Part shown: positions 18,883 through 29,835 of the stretch, in pieces | Numbering within the stretch: the stretch's first letter is position 1 | Layout of the letters: every line of letters starts with the position of its first letter | Source: Peptococcaceae bacterium UBA5752 | GTDB lineage: Bacteria; Bacillota; Dehalobacteriia; UBA4068 | Length of the DNA: 64,000 nt | Assembly: GCA_002419055.1 (NCBI GenBank) | Contig: DIFI01000009.1 | Coordinates: forward strand, 69,875 to 133,874 | Reading direction: 5' to 3' | Program-made: the position numbers and the translations under genes | Notes under the pieces: generated by a model | What the model was told of the DNA's origin: nothing | What the model saw: only the letters and a program-made list of their open reading frames with translations | Database searches by the model: none

Positions 18883-20208
18883 ATGACTGATGCTAAAGTG
18901 AATATATATTTATTGAGTCTTGGTTGTGCCAAAAACTTGGTCGATAGTGAGATGATGATCGGTATAGTCCGCTTGCAAGGTTGTCACATGACAGCCGATC
19001 CGAGTCAAGCACAGATCATCATTATTAATACCTGTGGTTTTATTAAATCAGCAAAAGAGGAAAGCATTGCTGCTATCCTTGATGCAGCTTCTTATAAAGA
19101 GCATGGCCGCTGCCAATTATTGATAGTGGTTGGTTGTCTTGTGGAAAAGTACCGCGATGAACTAGCTGATGCGATTCCGGAAATAGACTTGTTTTTAGGC
19201 ACCCAAGAGTATCAGAACATTGGTCAATTAATATCCAATCATACGGAGCAGGCGCTAGAGTTATTGCCTGCTAACACCTATCTATTAAGAGAATTGGCTA
19301 CCACTCCTGCAACAGCCTATTTAAAGATTGCCGAGGGCTGTAATAATTGCTGCAGTTATTGTCTTATCCCACAATTACGAGGTCGGTTGGTAAGCCGTCC
19401 ATCGACAGAGATTATCGAAGAGGCTCATCATTTGCTTGAGCGTGGTGTCAAAGAGCTGGTAATTATAGCGCAAGATACTACTGCCTACGGCAAAGATATA
19501 GACGGTGTTTCACATTTACCGCAATTACTTGATCAACTGGCAGCACTGCCATTTACTTGGCTGCGTCTGCTTTATGTCTATCCTGACGAAATCGATCAAC
19601 GTCTGCTGGAGGTAATGGAAGCTCACCCTAATATTTGTCATTATCTTGATATTCCGCTGCAACACGCAGATGATCAGATACTTTCGGCAATGAACCGGCG
19701 TTCCAATCAGAATCAAATCCGCGAAAAGGTTGCTCTGATACGCCGCTATCTGCCCGATGTCGCTTTGCGGACAACTATGATGGTTGGTTTTCCCGGTGAG
19801 CAAGAGCAGCACTTTCGGAGAATGCTACGGTTTATTAAAGATATCCACTTTGACTGGTTAGGAGCATTTTGCTATAGCCGTGAAGATGATACAGTAGCTG
19901 CTAAGCTACCACATCAAGTTCGTGAAGCTACAAAGCAACGTCGCCAAAAACAACTGATGGAGTTGGCAGCTGACATCAGCACCGAGCATCAAAGCAGTTA
20001 TATCGGACGCAGGCTACAAATTATCTGTGAAGGTTCCGCCACCGATGAATTTGGGAAGGGCTGGTATAAGGGACGTAGCAGCTATCAAGCACCGGAAGTT
20101 GATGGACAAGTCTATTTTCAGGCTGTCCGTCCGATTACAGCAGGGGAATTCATCTTAGTTATAATAACCGCTGCCGATACTTATGATCTGATTGGAGAGT
20201 TACTATGA
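18883..20208 (+). CDS. rimO: Ribosomal protein S12 methylthiotransferase RimO (MiaB-family radical SAM)
   Basis: An MTTase N-domain, a radical-SAM CxxxCxxC (CNNCCSYC) and a C-terminal TRAM region are present. The context, upstream of pgsA, fits. Confidence 0.75.
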   Translation: MTDAKVNIYLLSLGCAKNLVDSEMMIGIVRLQGCHMTADPSQAQIIIINTCGFIKSAKEESIAAILDAASYKEHGRCQLLIVVGCLVEKYRDELADAIPEIDLFLGTQEYQNIGQLISNHTEQALELLPANTYLLRELATTPATAYLKIAEGCNNCCSYCLIPQLRGRLVSRPSTEIIEEAHHLLERGVKELVIIAQDTTAYGKDIDGVSHLPQLLDQLAALPFTWLRLLYVYPDEIDQRLLEVMEAHPNICHYLDIPLQHADDQILSAMNRRSNQNQIREKVALIRRYLPDVALRTTMMVGFPGEQEQHFRRMLRFIKDIHFDWLGAFCYSREDDTVAAKLPHQVREATKQRRQKQLMELAADISTEHQSSYIGRRLQIICEGSATDEFGKGWYKGRSSYQAPEVDGQVYFQAVRPITAGEFILVIITAADTYDLIGELL

Positions 20209-20756
20209 ATTTACCTAACAAAATTAGTTTTGCCCGCATTTGTATGGTGCCGCTTTTTGTAATATTGGCTCTTTGTCCAATTCCTAATGGTGTTATCTGG
20301 GCCGCAGTGGTTTTTATCATCGCATCATTGAGTGATATGGTCGATGGTAAAATCGCCCGCAAATATAACCTTGTAACCACCTTAGGTAAGTTTATTGATC
20401 CATTGGCCGACAAAATATTAGTAAGCAGCGCTTTTATTTTATTAGTTAACTTGGATAGACTGGATGCCTGGATAGTGATCATAATCATCTGCCGTGAATT
20501 TGCCGTCAATGGCCTGCGTATTTTGGCTGCCGAGCAAGGTGTAGTAATCGCAGCCTCGTTTTGGGGAAAGCTAAAAACCACCAGCCAAATGGTAGCCATT
20601 GTGCTTCTGCTGGTACAGCAAATGTCAATCTGGCCGCAACCTTTCTTTGTGATTTTTGCTCAGGTTATTGTTTATATAGCGCTGATTATGACGGTGTTTT
20701 CCGGCGCAGATTATATAATCAAAGGTTGGCCATTCCTGATTGGTAAAAAGAAATAA
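20205..20756 (+). CDS. pgsA: CDP-diacylglycerol--glycerol-3-phosphate 3-phosphatidyltransferase
   Basis: The CDP-alcohol phosphotransferase motif DMVDGKIAR...G...D..ADK is present. The ATG overlaps the rimO stop. Confidence 0.85.
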   Translation: MNLPNKISFARICMVPLFVILALCPIPNGVIWAAVVFIIASLSDMVDGKIARKYNLVTTLGKFIDPLADKILVSSAFILLVNLDRLDAWIVIIIICREFAVNGLRILAAEQGVVIAASFWGKLKTTSQMVAIVLLLVQQMSIWPQPFFVIFAQVIVYIALIMTVFSGADYIIKGWPFLIGKKK

Positions 20757-21285
20757 TTACTTAAAATATTGTTTTATCGTGCTATATCTGGAGAGGGAGG
20801 GATACTATCTGGATGCTAAAACCATTGTAGAACGCTTAACAGCGAGTAACCTAACTATAGCTTGTGCCGAATCCTGTACCGGCGGTAGTTTTGCCGCTGC
20901 CATAACTGATATATCAGGGGCTTCCCAATGCTTCGGGTATGGTTTAGTCACATATAGCAATGAAGCTAAACAAAAACTGCTCAATGTGCCAGCCTCTATC
21001 ATAAATCAACATGGTGCTGTTAGTGCTCAAACGGCCGCTGCTATGGCCGAGGGTTTGCTACTTCTTTCCGATGCTGATATTGCTGTCAGCATCACAGGTA
21101 TTGCAGGACCTGGAGGCGGCACTAAAATAAAACCTGTTGGCCTTGTCTTCATCGCGGTTGTTTCTGCTGACTACCGGGTGATTAAACAATACAATTTTCT
21201 TGGTACCCGTACCAAGATTCGTCATGGTAGCGTAGAATCGGCCTTAAATATGGTTGGTGATTATTTGGAGGAAGTAAATATTTAA
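20740..21285 (+). CDS. pncC: CinA C-terminal domain protein (nicotinamide-nucleotide amidohydrolase PncC-like)
   Basis: The motifs TIACAESCTGGSFA and ITGIAGPGGG are present. The true start is probably a non-ATG codon near 20805, after GGAGAGGGAGGGA. The first ~20 codons of the listed ORF look non-coding. Confidence 0.7.
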   Translation: MVKRNNYLKYCFIVLYLEREGYYLDAKTIVERLTASNLTIACAESCTGGSFAAAITDISGASQCFGYGLVTYSNEAKQKLLNVPASIINQHGAVSAQTAAAMAEGLLLLSDADIAVSITGIAGPGGGTKIKPVGLVFIAVVSADYRVIKQYNFLGTRTKIRHGSVESALNMVGDYLEEVNI

Positions 21286-21842
21286 TGAGAAAAATAATAA
21301 TACTACTGCTCGTTTGTATACTACTATGTTCTTGTTCAGCCAACTACGGCGGGGAAGGCCTTGTGGGTCAATCAACAAAAGATTATAAGCTTGATGAGCA
21401 GGGTTATGCAATAACGTTGCCGGAGGATTGGCAGCAGCAACAAACTGAAGACGAATACACTACCTCGTTTCTCTCCGACGATGACTTGATTAAAATTGAT
21501 GTTGTATATGAGCTTGGCGGAGTTGAGTATTATTCACTGGAAGAAGTGGCAGGGCTACTTGAAGATGAGTTGGTAGAAGGAATGGACAGTGCGCAAAGAG
21601 TCTCTACCAAGAGCGATGATCAAGAACAATATCGGGAAGTATTTGCTTGTATCGATGAGCAGGGCAGGGGTGTGACCTATGATATTACAATTATTCACCC
21701 ATACAATTCTTTACGCTATTTCCTGATTTTCACCAGCGGAACTAATAATTATCAGGAAAACAATGTGTTGATTGATGATATCATCAACAGTTTTGAAGTA
21801 ACAGCCGAATCTGAAGATATGTATGCCAAACTAAAACAATAA
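21285..21842 (+). CDS. Lipoprotein (lipobox LLCSC), acidic
   Basis: Signal peptide and lipobox are present. A strong terminator follows immediately. Confidence 0.6.
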   Translation: MRKIIILLLVCILLCSCSANYGGEGLVGQSTKDYKLDEQGYAITLPEDWQQQQTEDEYTTSFLSDDDLIKIDVVYELGGVEYYSLEEVAGLLEDELVEGMDSAQRVSTKSDDQEQYREVFACIDEQGRGVTYDITIIHPYNSLRYFLIFTSGTNNYQENNVLIDDIINSFEVTAESEDMYAKLKQ

Positions 21843-21870
21843 ATCCGTGGCAAAGCCACGGATTTATTGT
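21841..21870. terminator. Bidirectional rho-independent terminator between the lipoprotein gene (+) and luxS (-)
   Basis: A perfect 11-bp stem AAATCCGTGGC/GCCACGGATTT with loop AAA, flanked by a T-tract. Confidence 0.8.
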
Positions 21871-21889
21871 TAAATCTGCTTTATTATAA

Positions 21890-22342
21890 TTAATATTGCA
21901 TTTTTTCAGCTGTCCAGTCTGCAAGTACTTTTGCCATGTCAGCAGCTATTTTTTTTGCCCCATTTAGGTCATGTTCCAGGTAGTTACCGCATTCTTGACG
22001 CGAGGACCCGGGAATATCGCCATTGTAGGATGCTATCTGCTGCAATATGTCACGAAACAGATCAAGAGCTTCTGCCGCCGTCATATTGCGGGTGAGAAAA
22101 TAAAAACCCGTACGGCATCCCATCGGTCCGATGTAGATAATTTGCTGGTGCCAGAGTGAGTTACGTGCTATTGTGGCAAACAAATGCTCAAAACTATGGC
22201 AGGTCGACATGTCAAGATAATTGCCGCTATTGGGTAGGCACATCCTAATATCCCAAGTTGAGATATCGCCGTCAATGCGGGAGAGGTACATGCCTTTTTT
22301 AAGCGTATCATGATTTACACAAAAACTTGCTATCTTTTTCAT
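21890..22342 (-). CDS. luxS: S-ribosylhomocysteine lyase
   Basis: The HSFEHLFA metal-binding motif is present, the protein is ~150 aa, and the N-terminus is LuxS-like. Confidence 0.9.
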   Translation of the reverse strand: MKKIASFCVNHDTLKKGMYLSRIDGDISTWDIRMCLPNSGNYLDMSTCHSFEHLFATIARNSLWHQQIIYIGPMGCRTGFYFLTRNMTAAEALDLFRDILQQIASYNGDIPGSSRQECGNYLEHDLNGAKKIAADMAKVLADWTAEKMQY

Positions 22343-22599
22343 GTCGATATAATAGCATGATTATAGTTCGAAAGCAAGCACCGTCATAAACTTACAACAA
22401 TAAACTGTATATTATTGGCATGCGCTTACCCTTTTCAGATTTAATATTATATGTTATAATGATCAAGAGTTATGCTTAAATTGTCACTTATCTGGATGCA
22501 ATAAATATAATCTTTAATATTATTAGCAAAAGTCAATTACAGTTTAATTGATAACATAAGACGACTGCTAACTCCGATAAATCAAAACGAGGTACTGAT

Positions 22600-24984
22600 A
22601 TGATAGAAAAAAGTAATGATAACAGCACCCGGCCTATCAACGATGAGTATACGCCTGAATACCGAGATGAAAAGGAACGTATGGTGTTACCGATGATGCC
22701 GCTTCGGGGGATGCTGGTTTTTCCCTACATGATTATTCATATTGATGTTGGTCGCGATCGTTCAATAAAAGCTATAGATGAAGCAATGCTCGATGATAGC
22801 CGCTTGCTTTTTTTGGCTATGCAAAAAAATCCACAAACAGACGATCCAATCGCTGATGAGATCTATGATATTGGGACAGTTGTCCAAATCCGCCAATTAC
22901 TTAAACTGCCGGGTGGCACTGTACGTTTATTGGTAGAAGGTTTATATCGTGCCAATATTCTGGATTACACACGCCATAACCCCTATTATGCCGTTGAAAT
23001 TCAATCACTTGATGAGACGCTTGGTGCCGATGAAATGGAAATGGAAGCGATTATCCGCATTACCCGCAAATGTTTTGAGGATTATGCCGGCAGCAGCAAG
23101 AAAATTACTCCGGAGGCACTGATTTCGATCAATGGCATTGAAGAGCCGGAACGCTTTGCTGATATCGTGGCGGCGCAACTTAACCTCAAATATGAAGACC
23201 GCCAGCGTTTGCTGGAAGAAACGGTTATCTACAAGCGTATGGAAATGATAATCAGTATGCTTGATAAAGAAACGCAGATCATCGGTATTGAAAAAAAGAT
23301 AGTTGACCGCGTGCGCCAGCAGATGGAAAAACACCAAAAAGAATATTACTTGCGCGAACAGTTGAAAGCAATCCAGCAGGAGCTGGGAGAAAAAGATGAA
23401 CGCACCGCCGAGGTTGAAGAATTCCGGTCACGGGCGCTTGAGCTCAAAGTTCCCGATTATGTGATGGAACAGATCGAAAAGGAACTTGACCGTCTGCTGA
23501 AAATGCCGGCTCAAATGGCCGAAGGATCTGTAATCAGTACCTATATTAATTGGTTGTTGGATGTTCCGTGGGAAAGTCAAACTACCGATAATCTCGATAT
23601 TCACCGTGCAGAAAAGATACTTGATCATGATCATTATGGCTTAGAAAAACCTAAAGAACGTATTCTGGAGTATTTGGCCAGCCGCCAGCTGACAAATAGT
23701 CTCAAAGGGCCGATTCTATGTTTAGTTGGACCTCCCGGCGTAGGTAAAACGTCGCTGGCCCGTTCGGTAGCCCGCGCTATGGACCGCAATTTTGTCCGGA
23801 TGTCTTTAGGCGGAGTTCATGACGAGGCGGAAATTCGTGGCCACAGACGTACGTATATCGGAGCTATGCCGGGTCGGATTATCCAAAATATTAAACAGGG
23901 GAAAAGCTGCAATCCGCTCTTCCTCTTGGACGAAATAGACAAATTAAGCAACGATTTTCGTGGCGATCCTTCAAGTGCGTTATTGGAAGTGCTTGATCCG
24001 GAACAGAACAATACCTTTGTAGATCATTATCTGGAAATCCCCTTTGATCTCTCGCGGGTAATGTTTATTACTACTGCCAATGTTAGGTATGACATTCCCA
24101 AACCGTTGCAAGACCGGATGGAGATCATTGAGATATCAAGCTATACAGAGGAAGAAAAAGTAAAGATTGCCTCTCGCCATCTGGTAGCGAAGCAGTTAAC
24201 GGAACATGGTCTTGATAAAAAACAACTATCTATCTCCGAAAACGCAATACGCGCCATGATACGCTACTATACCCGCGAGGCTGGCGTCCGTGAATTGGAG
24301 CGCCAGATCGCCCGGATTTGTCGCCATGTCAGCCGTGATATCGTCGGCGGCGTCGAACCGCCATTTAAGGTAACAGAGGCCAATGTCGAAGAATATCTGG
24401 GTATGCGCCGCTTCCATTACGGCAGCAAAAAACATCGGCCGCAGGTAGGCGTGGCTACCGGTATGGCCTGGACGCAGGTTGGCGGCGAGCTGTTGGAGAT
24501 TGAAGTGCAAACCCTGACCGGTAAAGGCAAGATCACTATAACCGGCCAGCTAGGCGATGTGATGAAAGAAAGCGTTCAAGCCGGGTATACTTATATCCGT
24601 TCCATCGGCAAAAAGCTGGACATCGCTGATAATATTGAAGAAACTACCGACTTTCATATACATGTACCGGAAGGCGCTATTCCCAAAGATGGTCCTTCAG
24701 CAGGTATTACTATGGCGACGGCGATTGCCTCCCAGCTCAGCGGCCGCAAGATTCGTTCCGACATAGCTATGACCGGTGAGGTGACATTGCGCGGACGGGT
24801 GCTGCCGGTTGGCGGTATCAAAGAAAAGCTGCTGGCCGCATATCGTGCCGGAATCAAGGAGATCATATTACCGCTTGATAATGAGAAGGACTTAGAAGAC
24901 CTGCCGACGAAAATTCGCTCCAAAATGAAATTTAACCTCGTCGAAACTATGGACGAAGTTTTGGACATCGCTTTGCTCCCATAA
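22600..24984 (+). CDS. lon: ATP-dependent Lon protease
   Basis: The Lon N-domain ([13 protein letters not shown]), the AAA+ motif GPPGVGKTS and a protease domain with the catalytic Ser in DGPSAGI are present. The start may instead be the ATG at 22681 (MVLPMM...), removing a 27-aa extension. Confidence 0.9.
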   Translation: MIEKSNDNSTRPINDEYTPEYRDEKERMVLPMMPLRGMLVFPYMIIHIDVGRDRSIKAIDEAMLDDSRLLFLAMQKNPQTDDPIADEIYDIGTVVQIRQLLKLPGGTVRLLVEGLYRANILDYTRHNPYYAVEIQSLDETLGADEMEMEAIIRITRKCFEDYAGSSKKITPEALISINGIEEPERFADIVAAQLNLKYEDRQRLLEETVIYKRMEMIISMLDKETQIIGIEKKIVDRVRQQMEKHQKEYYLREQLKAIQQELGEKDERTAEVEEFRSRALELKVPDYVMEQIEKELDRLLKMPAQMAEGSVISTYINWLLDVPWESQTTDNLDIHRAEKILDHDHYGLEKPKERILEYLASRQLTNSLKGPILCLVGPPGVGKTSLARSVARAMDRNFVRMSLGGVHDEAEIRGHRRTYIGAMPGRIIQNIKQGKSCNPLFLLDEIDKLSNDFRGDPSSALLEVLDPEQNNTFVDHYLEIPFDLSRVMFITTANVRYDIPKPLQDRMEIIEISSYTEEEKVKIASRHLVAKQLTEHGLDKKQLSISENAIRAMIRYYTREAGVRELERQIARICRHVSRDIVGGVEPPFKVTEANVEEYLGMRRFHYGSKKHRPQVGVATGMAWTQVGGELLEIEVQTLTGKGKITITGQLGDVMKESVQAGYTYIRSIGKKLDIADNIEETTDFHIHVPEGAIPKDGPSAGITMATAIASQLSGRKIRSDIAMTGEVTLRGRVLPVGGIKEKLLAAYRAGIKEIILPLDNEKDLEDLPTKIRSKMKFNLVETMDEVLDIALLP

Positions 24985-25030
24985 GCAGCAAATCTTAATA
25001 AAATAATTGCGCTAATAAAGAGAGTAAAAT

Positions 25031-25633
25031 ATGAAAATAAAGCAATCCTCACTGGCAGCGTCTGCTGTACACAAACAACAATATCCCGAACGTCAATTAC
25101 CGGAAATTGTACTGTTAGGACGCTCTAATGTTGGCAAATCATCGCTGATCAACTGTCTGCTCAATCGCAAAAATTTAGCGCGCGTTTCCGCCAGTCCCGG
25201 CAAAACGCGCTTGCTTAATTTTTATTTGGTAGAATCGGAAATTGCAAATAATCAGTATGATTTTTACTTTGTTGATTTGCCAGGCTATGGTTATGCTAAA
25301 GTTTCTCAGAGTGAGCGCAGCCGCTGGCTGGAGATGATAGAAGAGTTTTTATCATCTCGTGTCGATGACAAATTTTGTTGGCAGGTGGTAGATATCCGTC
25401 ATCAACCATCAGAGCTGGATTTAGTTATGCATCGGATATTGGTTGATGCAGGTTATCAGATTTTGCTGGTGGCCAATAAAGCCGATAAAATCAGCCGTGG
25501 CGCCAGATCTCGTCAACTGAAACTGATTGGTGAAGCACTGCAAGTAAACCCCGCTGAAATCATCGCCTTTTCCTCTGAAAGCGGAGAGGGAAAGCAACAA
25601 TTAGTAACTATTATTAAAGATCATTTAATCTGA
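25031..25633 (+). CDS. engB: Ribosome biogenesis GTP-binding protein YihA/EngB
   Basis: G1 GRSNVGKSSLIN, DLPGYG and NKADK motifs are present. Confidence 0.85.
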   Translation: MKIKQSSLAASAVHKQQYPERQLPEIVLLGRSNVGKSSLINCLLNRKNLARVSASPGKTRLLNFYLVESEIANNQYDFYFVDLPGYGYAKVSQSERSRWLEMIEEFLSSRVDDKFCWQVVDIRHQPSELDLVMHRILVDAGYQILLVANKADKISRGARSRQLKLIGEALQVNPAEIIAFSSESGEGKQQLVTIIKDHLI

Positions 25634-26542
25634 ATGGTTTTCATTCATTCTTTTTTTAATTAACATGTTTGGTACAATTAAAATAGCGATCATGCAGCAA
25701 ATCAGTATCGTCCCGCCGAGAAATTGGCGGGACGTAAACATTTCGTCCAATATCAACCAGCCAAAGAATGCGCTGAACAATGATTCTGCTGTGAATAAGA
25801 CAGAAGTTTGCTGGGGGGAGAGATGTTTTTGCGCTGCCGCTTGCAGAAAGAAGGCCACGGCAGTGGATAAAATAGCCGTATAAGCCAAAGAGGTAAATAC
25901 CGACGGAGTAAAGTTGGCGAACGCGGGTATAGGTTCAAAGATTAATGCTGTGGGTATATAACAGATTAAGCAGATTACTATCTGCATAAAAGTCAACTGC
26001 AGCGAGTCAATGCCGCGTGTGTATTTACCAAGCAATACGAAATGCAGCGCATAAGCAAATGAGCCTGCCAGAGCAAATAAGTCGCCGTTACTGAACCCTT
26101 GTTGCGGGTCATAGGAAAAAATTACTAAACCAACAAAAGTCAGCAGCGTGATGGCCATCTGAGATCGAAAGAGTTTATTGCCGAAAATGCAAGCGACCAA
26201 AGGGACAAAGACCACATATGTACAGGTGATAAAAGCTGTGCTGCCAACGTTACCGCGGTAGAGAGAAGAAGTTTGCAAGGTATTAGCAATAAATAAAGCT
26301 AAACCAACGGGAATAGCTTGCGTAAATATTTTACGGTTAAGTAATTTCATCTTTTTATGGGCGAAGATAAGTAATACAATTGCGGCTAAACCATAACGGA
26401 AGATCAGAAACCAGAAGGGAGGCATGTCATAATATGCCGTTTTGCTAAAGACGAATGAAAGCCCCCAAATTGCTGTGGCTAATAATATCCCTAGTGAAGC
26501 TATCATCTGTTCCCCAAAAGCCGGTTTTTTGGTCATCTTCAA
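25625..26542 (-). CDS. EamA/DMT-family transporter
   Basis: A ~10-TM protein with duplicated EamA-like halves. Confidence 0.7.
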   Translation of the reverse strand: MKMTKKPAFGEQMIASLGILLATAIWGLSFVFSKTAYYDMPPFWFLIFRYGLAAIVLLIFAHKKMKLLNRKIFTQAIPVGLALFIANTLQTSSLYRGNVGSTAFITCTYVVFVPLVACIFGNKLFRSQMAITLLTFVGLVIFSYDPQQGFSNGDLFALAGSFAYALHFVLLGKYTRGIDSLQLTFMQIVICLICYIPTALIFEPIPAFANFTPSVFTSLAYTAILSTAVAFFLQAAAQKHLSPQQTSVLFTAESLFSAFFGWLILDEMFTSRQFLGGTILICCMIAILIVPNMLIKKRMNENHSD

Positions 26543-26659
26543 TAACCTCGAATTCTATTAATAGAATTATTATATAATAAGTAAATATTATTATCAATTT
26601 ATCGCACAAGTTATTTTTTTGCCCCTCGGCTAGTAAAGTATATTAAGGAGGGGAGATAA

Positions 26660-27058
26660 ATGGCAAAATTCCTATTGAACTCGTTGGCAGCAGCGGCAAT
26701 CTGGCTGGCTGCGGGAATAGCTGGAATCTGGGGGGCAGCGAATATTGTGCATACGCTCTATGCTTCGACATTTGTGTTGATTTGGTTGATCGCCTTACCA
26801 TTGATTTCCTCAATTATTGGCAGTTGGCGGACAACAGCCTCTGTTCCTTCACTCAAGGCAGGTTGTTATTTCTCGGTAATCCTAATATTCCTAATGATGT
26901 TTCTATTAATTTGGTTTGCACCACGATTACTTAGTCTGCAATTACTGATTATTGCATGTTCAGCGATTGTTATTTTAAGCATCTGCGGCAGTTTGTTTGG
27001 TGCTTCTTTATACCGTGCTTACATAACTTTAAATCCGCCGCCTGATGATCTGGGATAA
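26660..27058 (+). CDS. Hypothetical small membrane protein (4 TM)
   Basis: A GGAGGGGAG RBS precedes a hydrophobic ORF. Confidence 0.4.
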   Translation: MAKFLLNSLAAAAIWLAAGIAGIWGAANIVHTLYASTFVLIWLIALPLISSIIGSWRTTASVPSLKAGCYFSVILIFLMMFLLIWFAPRLLSLQLLIIACSAIVILSICGSLFGASLYRAYITLNPPPDDLG

Positions 27059-27174
27059 TTTAAAAAAAAGGTGGAAATCAGTCGCTATTATATATATAAT
27101 TAAAAGATATAAGTAGAAAATAAGTCATATTTCGTTTTTAAAGTAAAACTCTAACACGAAGCGAGGGGTAGTTT

Positions 27175-29817
27175 GTGGAACAACAAAAAACTGCATTGGC
27201 AACCGCCTATGATCCGGAGGCAGTCGAGGACAAGTGGTATAAATATTGGGAGGAAAACGGTTATTTTAGCTGTGATGTAAATCCTGAAGGGGAACCCTTT
27301 TGTATCGTTATGCCTCCGCCTAATGTAACCGGCCAATTGCATATGGGACATGCCCTCGATAATGCTCTGCAGGATATTCTGATCCGCTGGCGGCGGATGC
27401 AGGGGCGTCGTGCTTTTTGGTTGCCCGGTACCGATCACGCCGGTATTGCAACGCAAGCTCGTGTTGAAGAAGAATTGGCCAAGGATGGCACCAATAAATA
27501 CGAAATCGGCAGAGAAGCCTTTTTAGAAAAAGTATGGCAATGGAAGGATACCTATCACGATCGAATTACCAAACAATTGCGCAAGATAGGTTCTTCCTGT
27601 GACTGGAGTCATGAACGCTTTACCTTCGATGAAGGTTGCTCCCGTGCCGTGCGTGAAGTGTTTGTTGAATTATATAATAAAGGCCTGATCTATCGCGGTA
27701 GTTATATAGTTAACTGGTGCAGCCATTGCCAAACAACTATCTCTGACATAGAGGTCGAGCATAGCACCCATTCTGGTCATCTTTGGCATTTACGCTATCC
27801 TTATGCTGACGGCAGTGGTTATATAGTGATTGCCACAACCCGTCCCGAGACAATCTTAGGAGATACGGCGGTGGCCGTTCATCCCGATGATCAACGTTAT
27901 CGTGACAAGGTCGGTAAGAAGCTGATTTTGCCGGTTGTCGGACGTGAAATACCGCTGATTGCTGACGAATATTGCGATATGGAATTTGGTACCGGTGCTG
28001 TTAAAATTACGCCGGCCCATGATCCAAATGACTTTGAGATTGGTCTGCGCCATAATCTGCAGCAGATAACAGTTATCGGTAAGGATAACAAAATGAACGA
28101 AGCTGCCGGCAAGTATGCCGGTATGGATTGTCTGGAGTGCCGCGAAAAGCTGATAGAAGAATTCCGCTCTTTAGGGCTGCTGGAGGATATTACCGATCTT
28201 GATCACGCAGTCGGAGAATGCTATCGCTGCGGTACTGTTGTAGAGCCTTTGATTTCACCCCAGTGGTTTGTTAAGATGGTCCCGCTGGCCGGTCCCGCTA
28301 TAGCTGCTGTTAATAATGGTGACATTAGATTTATACCGGAACGTTTCTCCCGTACCTATATTAACTGGATGGAAAATATTCGTGATTGGTGTATTTCCCG
28401 TCAGTTGTGGTGGGGACATCGGATTCCTGTTTGGTATTGTGAATGCGGGGAAGTTATTTGCGCCAAAGATGATCCGACTGTATGTCCTGTTTGTGGCAGT
28501 CACAATTTACGTCAGGATCCCGATGTGCTTGATACCTGGTTTTCATCGGCATTGTGGCCGTTTTCTACGCTGGGTTGGCCGGATAAAACCGAACAGTTAG
28601 ATGCTTTCTATCCTACGAATGTGTTGGTTACAGGTTACGATATCATTTTCTTCTGGGTGGCGCGGATGGTTTTTTCCGGTCTTGAGCATATGGGGCAAAA
28701 GCCTTTTGATGATGTCTTTATCCATGGTATTGTTAGGGATGCTCAAGGACGTAAAATGTCCAAATCATTAAGAAATGGTATCGATCCGATAGATGTGATT
28801 GAAAAACATGGTGCTGACAGCCTTCGTTTCATGCTGTTGACAGGCAATTCTCCCGGTAACGACCTACGCTTTAATCAAGATCGGTTGGAGGCTTGCCGTA
28901 ATTTTATTAATAAAATATGGAACGCTTGCCGCTTTGTGCTGATGAATCTTGATGATTATCAGCCTAATGATCAGTCGTTACAGTTAACTTTGGCTGATAA
29001 ATGGATTTTAGAGCAACTGCGCACTACAGCTAATGCTATTAATACTAACTTGGAAAAATATGAGTTGGGAGAAGCAGCCCGCGCTGCTTACGATTTTACC
29101 TGGGATGAGTTCTGCGATTGGTATGTAGAAATAGCCAAAGCTCGTCTTTATCGTGGTAATCCGCTTGAGAAGCATACTGCACAGACTGTTTTGGTGACGG
29201 TTGTCAAGCAGATACTGGAGATGCTGCATCCGTTTATTCCCTTTATTACCGAAGAGTTGTGGCAATATCTGCCCCATCAGGGGGAAACGATCATGCTGTC
29301 TTGTTATCCTGATGGCAGCGGCATGGAAGACTACAGTACTGAAGCCGAGCAGATGCGGCTGATAATGGATTGTGTGCGGGCTATTCGCAATATCCGTGCC
29401 GAGATGAAAGTGCCGCTTGGTAAAAAGGCTGCGATTATTTTGGCCGCCGACGGTAATGATGCAACCATATTGCGCGAGGGTACAAGCTATATTAAATCTC
29501 TTGCCTCAGGCGAAAGCGTTGATATAATTGCCAACGCAGATACCGTACCGTCACAAGCGGCTAAAGCCCATGTGAGAGGTGTTGATATCTATCTGCCGTT
29601 GGCTGGTTTAATTGATATCACTAAAGAGATAGAAAGAATAACCAAAGAAATTGATACTTGTGATAATGAATTAAAACGTTTGGAAGCCAAACTTAACAAT
29701 CAGAGCTTTGTTGCAAAAGCTCCGGCAGAAGTTGTAGCAAAAGAAAAGGAAAAGGCAGAGCAGTATCAGCAAAAAAGACAATCACTGCAAGATCACCTGC
29801 TAATATTCAAGGCATAG
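27175..29817 (+). CDS. valS: Valine--tRNA ligase
   Basis: A GTG start with a GAGGGG RBS. Class I HIGH (GQLHMGHA) and KMSKS motifs and a C-terminal coiled coil are present. Confidence 0.95.
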   Translation: MEQQKTALATAYDPEAVEDKWYKYWEENGYFSCDVNPEGEPFCIVMPPPNVTGQLHMGHALDNALQDILIRWRRMQGRRAFWLPGTDHAGIATQARVEEELAKDGTNKYEIGREAFLEKVWQWKDTYHDRITKQLRKIGSSCDWSHERFTFDEGCSRAVREVFVELYNKGLIYRGSYIVNWCSHCQTTISDIEVEHSTHSGHLWHLRYPYADGSGYIVIATTRPETILGDTAVAVHPDDQRYRDKVGKKLILPVVGREIPLIADEYCDMEFGTGAVKITPAHDPNDFEIGLRHNLQQITVIGKDNKMNEAAGKYAGMDCLECREKLIEEFRSLGLLEDITDLDHAVGECYRCGTVVEPLISPQWFVKMVPLAGPAIAAVNNGDIRFIPERFSRTYINWMENIRDWCISRQLWWGHRIPVWYCECGEVICAKDDPTVCPVCGSHNLRQDPDVLDTWFSSALWPFSTLGWPDKTEQLDAFYPTNVLVTGYDIIFFWVARMVFSGLEHMGQKPFDDVFIHGIVRDAQGRKMSKSLRNGIDPIDVIEKHGADSLRFMLLTGNSPGNDLRFNQDRLEACRNFINKIWNACRFVLMNLDDYQPNDQSLQLTLADKWILEQLRTTANAINTNLEKYELGEAARAAYDFTWDEFCDWYVEIAKARLYRGNPLEKHTAQTVLVTVVKQILEMLHPFIPFITEELWQYLPHQGETIMLSCYPDGSGMEDYSTEAEQMRLIMDCVRAIRNIRAEMKVPLGKKAAIILAADGNDATILREGTSYIKSLASGESVDIIANADTVPSQAAKAHVRGVDIYLPLAGLIDITKEIERITKEIDTCDNELKRLEAKLNNQSFVAKAPAEVVAKEKEKAEQYQQKRQSLQDHLLIFKA

Positions 29818-29835
29818 TAAAGATTATAGGCAAAT

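Noticed and set aside
22480-22520. CtsR-like direct repeat (AGTCAATtacAGTTTAA) upstream of lon
   Set aside because: Only 11/14 matches to the GGTCAAAnanGGTCAAA consensus. lon is not typically CtsR-controlled. Treated as chance.
27059-27174. Expected T-box leader upstream of valS
   Set aside because: Only ~117 nt separate the upstream gene from the valS GTG. That is too short for a T-box, and no AGGGTGGNACCGCG-like core or antiterminator/terminator pair is visible.
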